NCBI GenBank assembly: GCA_964577175.1
Contig: CAZNYC010000005.1
Location: forward strand, 1 to 60,252
DNA: 60,252 nt
Direction: 5' to 3'
From: an uncultured Anaerolineales bacterium
GTDB lineage: Bacteria > Planctomycetota > Phycisphaerae > FEN-1346
Shown piece after piece: positions 18,224 through 30,200 of the stretch; position 1 is the first letter of the stretch; each line of letters begins with the position of its first letter. A program made the translations under genes and the position numbers. The notes under the pieces are model-generated. The model was given only the letters and a program-made list of their open reading frames with translations, did not search any database and was not told the origin of the DNA.

Positions 18224-21200
18224 ATGACTAGCCGAAGCCATTGGAAACTGCTTGGCGCCGCGGTGGTTGCGCTGGCTGTGGTGACAGCGTTTGGCGCGAT
18301 GCGGGCCCCGGCCGCCACGTACACGTGGCAGGGCGGGGATTTCGACGAGCCCACCTCGTGGACCGTCGCGGACAACTGGTTTGAGGCCGGCGGACCGCCC
18401 TCCCTGGGCGACACCGCGGTCTTCACCACGAACCCGTTCGAATTCTCCGTCGACCTCGGCACGGCGATGCAAGCCGTCGATGCGCTGGAGTTCACGGGCC
18501 TCGGCTTCGGCGAAGACTACACGATCGCGAACGGCACCCTGGGGCTCGGCTTCCCCGGCGCGAACGCCGCCCTCACGCAGGACGCCACCGTGGACGCCGA
18601 CACCGTCACCACCATCAGCGCCGGCGTGGTCGAGAACACGATGGTGCCCGGCCTGGAATTGAGCGTCGAGGCCGGCACCCTGCGCCTGACGGGGCAACTC
18701 GGCGCGTCGACCGAGAAGTTGACGGCGATCGTTCCGGCGGGCGGCACGAGCGTGGCCTCCGGCGCCACCCTCGCCATCACCAACGCCACCACCGAGGCGG
18801 CCACGAAGAACTATGTCGACGGCACCATCGCCGTCGCCGGCCGCCTGGAGGGTGTCGGCAACGCCCTCGATGCCGCCACCGTCGAACTCCAGGACGGCGG
18901 CGCCCTGCACATGACCGGCACGGTGGAGACGCTCGTGCCCGGCCTGCTCCGCAAGCGCTATGAAGGCGGCGTGGCCGGTGGCTCCGGATGGGATCCCTGG
19001 GACACCCTCGCCGCCCAGACCCCCGTCGAAGTCGTGGCCGATACCAACGGCATCAACGACGGCTCCGACGGCGACGCCGGCACCGTCCCGTTCCTTGATC
19101 CGCCGTCCGACCTGGGCAACTACGCCATGACGTGGGAAGGCTTCATCTACCTCGAAGCCGGCCAGGACGGGGTCTTCCAACTCCGGTCCCGCGCCGACGA
19201 CCACCACCGCGTCTGGGTTAACGATCTCGCCGAAGGCAACCCCGTCCTCTCCCACAGCGGCGCCAACAACACGCAGAACACCACGTATGACTTCAGCGGC
19301 ATGGCCGAGATGTACATTCCCTTCCGCGCCGGCTTCACCGAAGGCGGCGGCGGCGACTACATGTGGTTCGCCTGGGACGGCGGCACCGGCACCATCACCG
19401 ACGACACGATCGCCGACGGCCCCGGCGACCCCCTCGCCGGTAACCAGTTCTGGCACCTCGACGAGGTGACCCGCCCCGCGGCGACCGACACGAACCTGGC
19501 CCTCGTCGCCGGCGCCACGGGCACCCTCGAGCCCACCGGCGACGTGGCCCTCGGCTCGCTGACCTTCAACGACGGCAGCACCCTGAACGTCGCGCCCACC
19601 GGCAACGTGGCCGACGCCCTCTCCTTCACCGACACGACGATGGCCAGCGGCACCGATCCGGTCAGCGGCACCCTCAACACGCCGATGGACGTTCCCGCCG
19701 GCCCACTGACCCTGGGCGATCTGGACGGTGTGTCGAACAGCGATTCCACCGTCAACCAACTCACCAAGGACGGCGCCGGCAAGGTCACCTTTACCGACGT
19801 CAAGAGCGCCGACGACTGGAACGCCACCCTTGAAGTGACCGTCAATGCGGGCGAACTGGCGATGACCGGCCAGGTCGGGAACCCGATCCCGGCCGAGGAA
19901 GACATCATCACCTTCCAGAACTCGAACGTGAACGCGGGCGGCACCCTGTCGGTCACCAACTACAAGGACGGCGACGCACGGAACAAGGTGGCCGGCTCGG
20001 TCAACGTCAACCCGGGCGGCACGCTGGTCTTCGGCGGCAAGTCGGGCGCCTCGTCGCTCGGCTCGGCCGACGTCGTCCTGGACGGCGGCAAGGTCGTCGT
20101 CGAAGGCCTCGGCGGCGCGGTCTTCCAGGAAATCGCCATCGACAACGACACACCGTCCGACAACGAAGGCAGTTACACCTTCGACGGTACCACCCATCGC
20201 GTCGAGGGCAGCGGCGACGACATCTGGAACAACGCCGACGACTTCTACTACGTGTACCAGGAGGTGCCGGAAGGCGCCGCCATCGACGTCTCGGCCCACG
20301 TGCTCGGTTTCGACGGCGGCACGAACGGGTGGCGGAAGGCGTTCCTGATGATCCGCGACGACCTGACCGCCCCGTCGGCCTTCAACGGCATCATGCAGTC
20401 GGCCAACGACAACGTGGGCGGCCAGTGGCGCGACTCCGCCGGCGCGGGGGCCGCCAGCGGGTACCACGGCGGCGACCCCGAGCCGACCTGGATACGCATC
20501 GTCCGCGAGGCCGGCGCCGATACCGCGTCCTACTACTTCAAGCAGAACGAGGCCGATCCCTGGCAACTGGAGGGCACCCACGCCGTCTCCATGACCGACG
20601 TCGACTACATCGGCATGGGCGTCACCTCGCACAACGAGGGTGAGTTGACCACCGGCCTGTACCAGAACGTCGAGGGCTTCATCTACGACATGCAGTTGGC
20701 GGACCTCGGCAACGACGTCACCATCAGCGGCACGAGCGAGATCGAGACCCTGGGGCCGGTGCTTCTCGGCGACGCCACCGTGGCGGACGCCACGGCCCTG
20801 ACCGTGACGAGCCCGGCCGACGGCCTCGTGGCCTTCGCCACCAGCACGTTCGGCGACGGTGCCTCGGCCGCCGGCGCCACCCTGAATCCGACGACCGGCG
20901 ACCTGTACCTCGGCGAGGTGAACGACCAGGGCCAGGCCCTGACCCTGACCAAGACGGGCGCGGGCGCCCTGGTCTTCGACCAGACCGATGTCGCCAACAC
21001 CACCGCCAACACCACCGTCGACCTGCAGGAAGGCACCGTGGGCGCGGGCGGCACGGCGGGCGGCGTCAATCCGCTCGGCGGCGCCGTCGTCCAGATGACC
21101 GGCGCCGACACGGCCGTCGTCCTCACGTCCAAGGGCGGCGACTATGCCCTTGACAACGCCTTCGACTTCGACGCCAGCGGCCGGCTGGAAGCCCATACGT

Positions 21201-24200
21201 TCGGCTTCAGCGGCGTGGCGGAGAACGCCACCATCACCCTCGATAACCCCACCGCCGGCGGCTTCGATATCGCCACCGGCGAGACCCTGACCGTCTCCAC
21301 CGCCGACGGCTACACGCTGAACCTGGACAACGAGGTCAGCGGCGGCGGCACATTGCTCGTGGAGAGCGGGAAAGTGACCGTGGCCAACGACGGGGTGCTC
21401 GACGGCGGCACGCCGCTCGAGATCGGCCCGTTCGGCTTCGTGCACTTCATCGTGCCGCCCGCCGTCCAGCCCCCCATCGGGGTCGGCGGCGGCGGCGCCA
21501 TCGGCGGCGACCTGGGCGGCGTCGACATGGGCAACGTCGACTTCGGGCCCGGCGGCATCGTGGTCCAGGACCCCGCCACGGGGAACCATCCCACGTTCGC
21601 CCAGCAGGGGGCCTGCGACCTCTACCTCGGCGTCACGGACGTGGCCGGCACGTATGACGGCATCGGCTGTAACGAGGGCGGGGGCGACATCAGCGGCGAC
21701 GGGCCGGCCTACGAAGGCACGTACCGCGGTGTGGCCCTGGACCCGATGTTCGCCACCGGCGACTTCACCGGCACGATCGGCGAGGCCGAGCAGGATCCGC
21801 CGACGTACCATTCGAGCGGCTACGAGGTGCTCATCCGCGACGACTGGACGTTCGACGGCGCCACCTTCGACGCCGAGGCCGGCCACCCGGTCACCGTCAT
21901 CGGCGAACCCGGGAAACTGGCCACGTTCACGACGGCCATCAACGGCACGGCCGACACCTTCATCCGCGAGGGCATCGCGCCGGTCGACGGCGGCAGCGCC
22001 GGCGACATGAGCAGCGACATCCTCGCCTTCGCGGGCGCCGACGTCCTCGCCGGCGACCGCATCATGACGCTCAAGAACGGCGTCGCGACCTTCGCCACGG
22101 GCGGCAACAACGGCGTGGCGGCCGACGCCACGCTCGAGATCGACCAGAACGCCACCCTCTTCCTTACCAGCGCCCCGGCCAACGGGACGCTCCTCATCAA
22201 GGAGGGCGGCTACCTGCGCTTCAGCGACCAGGCCCAACTCGCCGGCGGCGCCACCTTCGAGTACGAGGACGTGACCCCGGACGCCAATCCCTGGGTCATC
22301 AACGACCAGGACATCTTCGACTGGGTCGCCGAGGGGTTCCCGACCGACAAGGCCGTCAACATCGTCGCCAGCGCCGGCCGCTTCGACCTGGGCCTGTTCG
22401 TCGGCCAGAACTCCGTCATCACCCTGCCGTACAGCGAGAGCCGCGACCTGCGCCAGCACGGCGCCAGCGATCCGTGGAGCATCCAGATTCACGACGACCT
22501 GAAGGACGGCAGCGCCGACACGGTCCGCATGGCCGTCGCCGAGGGGCAGACCATGCAGGTCCACAGCAACACGGACCTGTCCAACGACCTGGGCGACGCC
22601 GACAGCCGCGCCACCCTCGTGGTCGGCTACGGGCCGGGCGAGACCCTGCCCTGGCTGCCTTCCGGCGGCGGCTCGCTGAATTACCAGCAGGTGCCGATGA
22701 CCGGCTCGACGTACTTCCGCCTCGGCGAAGGGGAGGACGGCCACCTTCTGGGCGGCCTGGACGTCCGCTCCGGCGAGGCCCGCTTCGGCGATAACGACCC
22801 CAACAACGGCCAGCAGGCGGTCCTGGTGGACATCAACGGCCCGGTCACCGTCCGCGAGGGCGCCAGCCTGGTCCTCCGCGCCACGCAGAACACCGACTAC
22901 ACGCCGCAACTCGAGGCCGGCACCTGGGGCACCACCCAGACCTGGGAGAAGGACTCCTACGTCGAGTGGATGGTCAAGAACGACACCGGCGACGTCCGCG
23001 AACTGACCCAGGCCGTCATCGTCGGCGGCGGGGCCGCCGACGCCTCCGAGGCCACCCACTTCAACCTCGACCACTACGAGCAGCAGGGCGGCTCGGACCA
23101 GGGCCCGGACGAAGGCTACCTGCTGACCGACGTCACGATGCAGGACGGCGCGTACCTGGAACTGGAACAGCATAATTTCAGCGACAAAGGCGCCCGCCGG
23201 CTCCACCTGAAACTTGAAGGCACCGCGACCGCCGCCGGCAACGACTTCTCCATCAGCGGTGAGGCGGCCGTGCCCGGCACGCCCGTCACGCTGCTCGTCG
23301 GCGACGCGGCGCATCCCGACCCGACCTTCACCCTGGGCATCACCGGCCCGCTGAGCGAGGACGTCACCCTCCTCGACAACCAGGCCGAGAACACGGACCA
23401 CTGGCTCTACGACCTGTATTACGGCAAGTACGCCAACGGCGTGGACGAGGACGGCGACGGCGATCCGCTCCGCGAGGAATGGGGCGCCGGCAGCACGCTC
23501 GAGATCGGCGGCCAGCACATCATCAACGTCCGCGTCGATGAGGACGGCGACGGCGCCAACCCGCTCAACACCAACGTCTTCGCCGGCACCGTCCGCGTCA
23601 TGAACAACGTCGAGCCCGGCACCCTGCCCCAGTGGGACGAGGTCGAGAAAAACCTGGGCGCCGTCTGGGACGCCCGGATCCGCTCCGACCGCGATGCCAA
23701 CCGCGGCCGGCCGCGCCAGTTGGTCGAGTTCAAGGACCTCGTCCTGGCCGACGGCGCCCTGGTTACCACCGGCGACGACGACGCCAACTCCATCTCGGAC
23801 ATCACCCTGGAAGGCCCGACCGGCTACTACTGGAACAACGCCGGCCGCGACCACTTCGTCCGCGACGTGACCGGCACCCCGGGCAGCGTCCTGGTACTCT
23901 ACCCGGATAACGACCTCGACATGCTGGGCACCATCACCGACACCGACCTCATGGCCGTCGGCGACGACGACATCTGGCTCCAGCCCGGCTTCGACCTCGG
24001 CGGCAACACGTTCACCTACCAGTTGAGCGACCAGTTCAACGTCATGACCGACCCCGGCGCCGGCACGATCAACATCGGGCCGAACATGCAGGGCGAGAAT
24101 AACTTCGACGGCGACCATAACGGCCTCGAGATCTTCCACGGGGCCAACAACGACGACACCATCGGCGAGACCGGCTGGGGCGACGACCTGGTCATCACCC

Positions 24201-27200
24201 ATGCCGGCCAGGTGCGCATCAACATGCGGTCCGACAAGGCCCTGACGGCCGGCGACCAGAACATCAACGTCCTGAACGCCGAGATCCGCGTGGCGGACAA
24301 CAGCGAGGGTTGGGACCTCGACCTGTACGCCGACAGCGACGTCAACGCACCGCCCGGCCTCTCGGTGAACCATTTCGCGAACGTCCACATCCTGCCGGAC
24401 GATCCGGAACTGAACGATGCCATGCCGGAACTCCGTTTCCGTCAGTTCGACGGGTCCCACAACCGCGTCAGCCTCGTGCTCGAGAACGACGTGCAACTGC
24501 GGGCCGGTCCCGGCGGCGGCGGCCAACTGTACTACATCGGCGACCTGACCGACGCCGTCCCGGACGACGGCACCGAGCACACCGTCTACGCCGTCACGAA
24601 CGGCGCGGGCGAGGACGCACCGCTCGACGGCACGATCGGCGACGAGGTCGTCCTGCAACTCGACGCCAACGGCGGCGGCCAGTTCCGCATCACCGAACCG
24701 CTCAACGAGACCGCCTTCGGCAGCCTCGACCTGAACGGCCGGACCGTCCAGGTCGCCCGCAGCACGAACGGCGGGGGACGCTTCGGCGCCCTCGTCGTCA
24801 TGGATGACGCCCCGGCCGGCATCGGCACCGGCACCATCCTGGTCGACGGCGGCCTGCACGGCGACAACACCCGCCTGGCCTTCGATGCCGACCACGACGG
24901 CAGCGGTAATGAAGTCAACTGGGGCGAGGACGTCGACATCATCATCCAGAACACCACCGACAACGACGCCGAGGTCGAAGGCTGGGTCGATACCGGTAAC
25001 GTCGGCCCCGTCCAGACGATCGCCCAGAAGGTGCAGATCGTCGACGCCAACACCGATTGGGGCGCCCACGACGCCCGCGTCGACGCCGAGCACCGCAGCG
25101 ACGACGGCTTCTCGCCCGGCCGGGTCGAGTTCGAGAACCTCGAATTCCACCTCGACGCCCGCGCCGAACTGCGGGCCTCCGGCAACGGCAACATGCCGCG
25201 CCTGCTCGTCAACCCGACCATCAACGGCCGCGCCGGCCTCGTCAACAACAGCAGCGAGAGCCGCATCTTCGTCGGCGACGTCGATTACGCCGACGGCGTG
25301 GTGCCGGCCGGCGACCACGACATGCGGCTGGAGTCGATGGGCGGCCAGCAGACCCGCTTCGTCGGCAACGTCGACGCCAACGTCGTCAACTGGAACTGGG
25401 CCTCGCTCGAGGACGGCTTCGTCGTCACCGACAGCGCAACCGGTGACACCGACGGCCACTTCGACGTGGACGGCCTGACGTTCCTGCGGACCGACATCGA
25501 GGCCGACGCCATCACCGTCTTCGACGGCGGCGACAACGTCCTCTACATCGATACCCTGGGCGCCACCAAGTTCGACCCCGCCGACCTCGACCTCGCCAAT
25601 GGCGCCCGTCTCGGCCTGACCGTCGACCGCGACCTCGCCGACGACGCGTGGGACACCGTGGACGACCGGCAGGCCCGCATCTACATCGGCAAGAACGCCT
25701 ACGCCGGTACCCTGACGCTGAACGACAACGACACCGAGATCGGCTCCGACCTCCGCGACAACGCCAGCATGACCGCACCGCTCGCCGGTGCCGCCACCCA
25801 GGTAACGTTCGAGGGCGGCGATAACATGCTGACCCTCGAGGCCGGCGTCATCGACGAGGCCGGCCTCGGCGGCGGGTCGCCCGTCAGCGTCAACTACGCC
25901 AACAACGTCCGCATCGCGGGCGCCCAGAGCCACACCGGCGACGCCATGGTCAGCGCCGACCGCACCTACATGCTCGACACCGGCGCCTTCGGCAGCGGGG
26001 CCGTCATCTCGGCGGGCGGCACGCTCGACCTCCAGGTCGACCTGGCCAACCCGCTGGTCCTCGCCGGCGGCGGCATCTACGCCACCGGCACCCCGCGCGC
26101 CGTCACCGGCGCCCTGACCGACGCCGGCAACGCCGATCCCGGCACCGTCACCCTCGGCGCCGACGACACGCTGACCTTCACCCAGGACCTGCAGGTCAAG
26201 GGCCCGCGGACGGTCGACGTGACCGACGGTACCGCCGTCTTCGCCGGCAACCTCACCAGCGACGCCGGCACCTGGACCGTCACCAAGGCCGGCACCGGCA
26301 GCCTGCAACTCGACGGCGACGCCTCCGGCGTCAACCTGCAACTCGGCACGAGCCCCGGCGGCACGACCCTGGTCGGCGCCTCCGGCACGCCGCCCGCCGC
26401 GGTCACCATCGGCCACGACAGTGCGTACGGCGTGGAGCAGGTCGATCATGACTACGCCGAGGTCGATATGGCCGCCTCCACCGGCGCCATCGCCCTCGGG
26501 GCCGACACCAACGTCAACCTCACCATGCAGACCGAGATGAAACTCGGCGCCGCCAACGACAGCCGCTACACCGGCTCCCTGTCGCCCAACGCCGGCACCT
26601 ACGAGTTGGGCGGCGGCGACGGCACCCTGACCGTGGCGGCCGGCAGCATGACCGGCGCCAACGACCTCAACATCGGGCCGCGGGCCCCCGTCGTGACCGA
26701 CACCACGGGCCTGACCGGCACCTACATTGACCTCAGCGACGGCGGCCCGGAGCCGCAGACCACCGACGACATCGACTTCGCCCAGACGCCCATCCTGACG
26801 CGCATCGACCCGGTCGTTGACTGGACCGGCTGGGAGGCCCCGGGCAGCGGCGACGACGCCGACAACTGGCCGCAGGGCGACAACCTCGCCATCATCTGGG
26901 AGGGCGGCATCGAGATCACCCCCGCCGAGGCCGGCCAGGAAATCCAGTTCGGCGTCAACAGCGACGACGGCGTCGAACTGCTCATCGACGGCCAACTCGC
27001 CTCCAACCCCGGCCGCAACAAGCCGCAGGGGATGACCGGCAATTGGAATGAGGTCGCCGGCGCCCCCATGACCCTGAGCGAAGGCTACCACTCCCTGCAA
27101 CTGAAGTACTGGGAGTGGGCGGGCGGCGAAGGCGCGCGTCTCCTCTGGGACGTCGGCCTCACCGGCACCGGCACCCTCATCCCGGCTGACAACCTCCTCA

Positions 27201-30200
27201 GCGGCACGTTCGACGAACTGCCCTACGACGGCATGGTCGTCCTGGAGGGCGCCGACGCCACCGACAGCGTGACCGGCGTCATCGACATCAACATGGCGGC
27301 CGGCATCAAGGCCGCCGGCACCGGCGACGATCCGTTCTCCGCCATCGACGACGCCACCGAGATCAACATCGGGCCGGACGGCTCCCTCGACATCGGCGAC
27401 GCCGATCTCACGACCGCGACCGCCACGACGGCCCTCGGCAAACTGACCCTCGCGGGCGGCTTCACCCGCAACGGCGCGACCATCACCTTGAACGACATGC
27501 TGGACATGGATACCGGCGATTGGCCCCTCGGCGTGTTCCGGATCGGCGGCGGTGGCGGCGAAGGCGCCGTGACCACCCTCCAGGCCGGCACCGCCCTTGC
27601 TTCCGGCGAGATCCTCAACAAGGTCGGCAGCAACACCCTGCACCTCGTCGCCGGCGACGTCAACTGGATCGACCACCACGTCATCGACGGCGGCAAAGTC
27701 ATCGCCGATGACCAGAATGCCCTCGGCCAGTCCCTCCGCGTCGAGATCAACAACGATGCCGAACTCGAGATGGGCGCCGAGAACCTCGCCCTCCAGACCC
27801 GATTCGTCCTCAACGACCAGGCGGTCCTCGACCTCCAGGGGCACACGTACGTGGCCGCGGCCAGCAATACCGATCCGGCCGTGGACGAGACCGCGCTGAC
27901 GCTCGGCGCGGGAGCCGATGCCCTGCTGACCGGTGGGGTCGGCACCGTCCTGGACCTGGCTCAGAACAGCGATCCGGCCGACAAGATCGCGGCCGGCAGC
28001 GGCAGCCTCACCCTGGACAACGACACCACGCTCATCACCGCCGTCGGCGGGTCGGCCAACTTCAACCTCCGCAACGACGCCACCCTGCGGTACACCGACG
28101 CCGCCGGCGCATCCTCCGCCGGCATCGGCAGCATGCAGCCCGGCGCCCTTGTGACCGTGGATGACGGCGTGTCCGGCACCATCAACGGCGGCGCCGCCAT
28201 CACCTTCGACGTCGATCCGGACGCCGGCCCCGCCGGGTGGTCCAGCGACACCAACACCTACGAGATCAACGTCGGCACCGACAGCACCCTCACCTTCGAC
28301 AGCAACGCCTGGCCCGGCGACAGCACGTTCCACAGCGCCTCCTACACCGATGAGACCGGCATGGTCCGCGAACCCGTCGCCTACGTCGAGAAGACCGGTG
28401 CCGGCACCATGGCCATCGAGGACGCCAATTACGACGACGGCATGAACCAGCCCAACAAGATCTACTGGATCGTCAGCGAGGGGACCCTGAACGCGGGCGG
28501 CGACACCACGTGGGGCCGCGGCCTCAACGCCACCGCCGGCGGATGGGTCGGCAACGACTCCCGGACGCTGCCCATCAGCCGCAATCACCTCGAGGGCGTC
28601 GAAATCGGCGAAAACGCCACCCTCATCTGGGAAGGCCTCCAGGGCGCGCTCCCGGCGGCGGACTGGTACCCCGGCCTGCTGCCGGAGGACGGCTCCGAGG
28701 GTGACGGCCTCCTCGCCGACGAACTCATCATGAACCACAACGCCACCCTCCAGGGCGAGGGCCTCGTCCTCGGCTTCTATCACGAGTACCAGAAGCCGGC
28801 GACCGACAGCACCGACCTCATGATCGATGCCTACCCACTCTATCCGACCGTCGTCACCAATAGCCCGACCACCGTCAACCTCGGCGGTCAGATCGAACTG
28901 CGAAGCGGCATCAAACTCACCGATACCGGCCCGCTCACCGTCAACGTCAACGGCGACGTCCACTTCGGCAACACCGACCTCATCGACAGGGTCAACGCCG
29001 ACGGCGGCAGCCTCGGCACCGACGTCATCGACACCCTGAACGTCCAGGGCGGCTCGGCCAACATCTACCGCAGCCAGACCGCCATGAGCGCCACCAACGT
29101 GGACGCCGGCGCTGCTCTCAACATCGATCCCGACGGCGCCGCCGGCGACCCCGTCACCTACGCCGGCACCGTCAACAACGACGGCACCGTCAGCGTCCAG
29201 AGCGGCGAGGTCACCATGGAAGGCAACCTCCTGAACAACGGCACCGCCACCTTCAGCGGCGACACCGTCAACATCAACGGCGCCACCGTCACGAACGACG
29301 GCGTCATGAAGGTGACCGCGGGCACGACCAACGTGCAGAACCAGATCACCTCGTCCGCTGCCCCCGGCGAGCTGTTCACGTCGGGCCTGGTCGCCGGCAA
29401 GACCGCCGGAAACAACCGCTTCAACGACCTGCCGACCAATCCGGACGCCCTCGTCGTTCTGCCCGACCTCCAGGATATGAACTGGAGCGGCAACGGCGCC
29501 GGCCCGGACACGTTTGCCAACGGCGACGAGATTCCGACCGTTCCCGGCACGGAACTCGACGGCAACCTCTGGAATAACAACCACACCTGGGTCTACGAGG
29601 GCGAGTTCTTCCACCAGGGCGGCACGGCCAACTTCGGCGAGAACTTCGACGACGGCGTCCTCCTGGTCATCGACGGCCAGACCCTCCTCGACGACGGCGG
29701 CTGGAACACCCAGACCGCCGGCACCTTCGACTTGGCGCCCGGCTGGTACGACTTCCACGCCGCATTCGCCCAGGGCGGCGGCGGCGCCGGGCCGGTCCAA
29801 GGCTTCCCGTACGGCCTCGGCTACGACCCGGCGGGCGGCACCAGCTGGGAGCAGATCCCGAGCAGCAGCTTCCGCACCCCGGGCGACGCCCTCGGCATCC
29901 TCAGCGTTTCCGGCGGCGCCGTCGCCAACGTCAACGGTGGCTTCACCGGCTTCAATGCCGTCGAGATCCACGGCACCCTGAACGTCGGCGCCTCGAGCGA
30001 CACCCGCGCGGCTTACAACAACGGCACTCTCAACGTCCAGGACGGCGTCACCCTCAATGTGACCGGCGAGCCCGGCCTCATTGACGGCAACCTGTCCAAC
30101 AGCGGAAACGTCAGCGTCGGGACCGGCAGCCTGGTCAACGTTGCCGGCGCCGTGAGCAACGACGGCAACATCACCGTCGGCGACGGCAGCACGGTCGCCT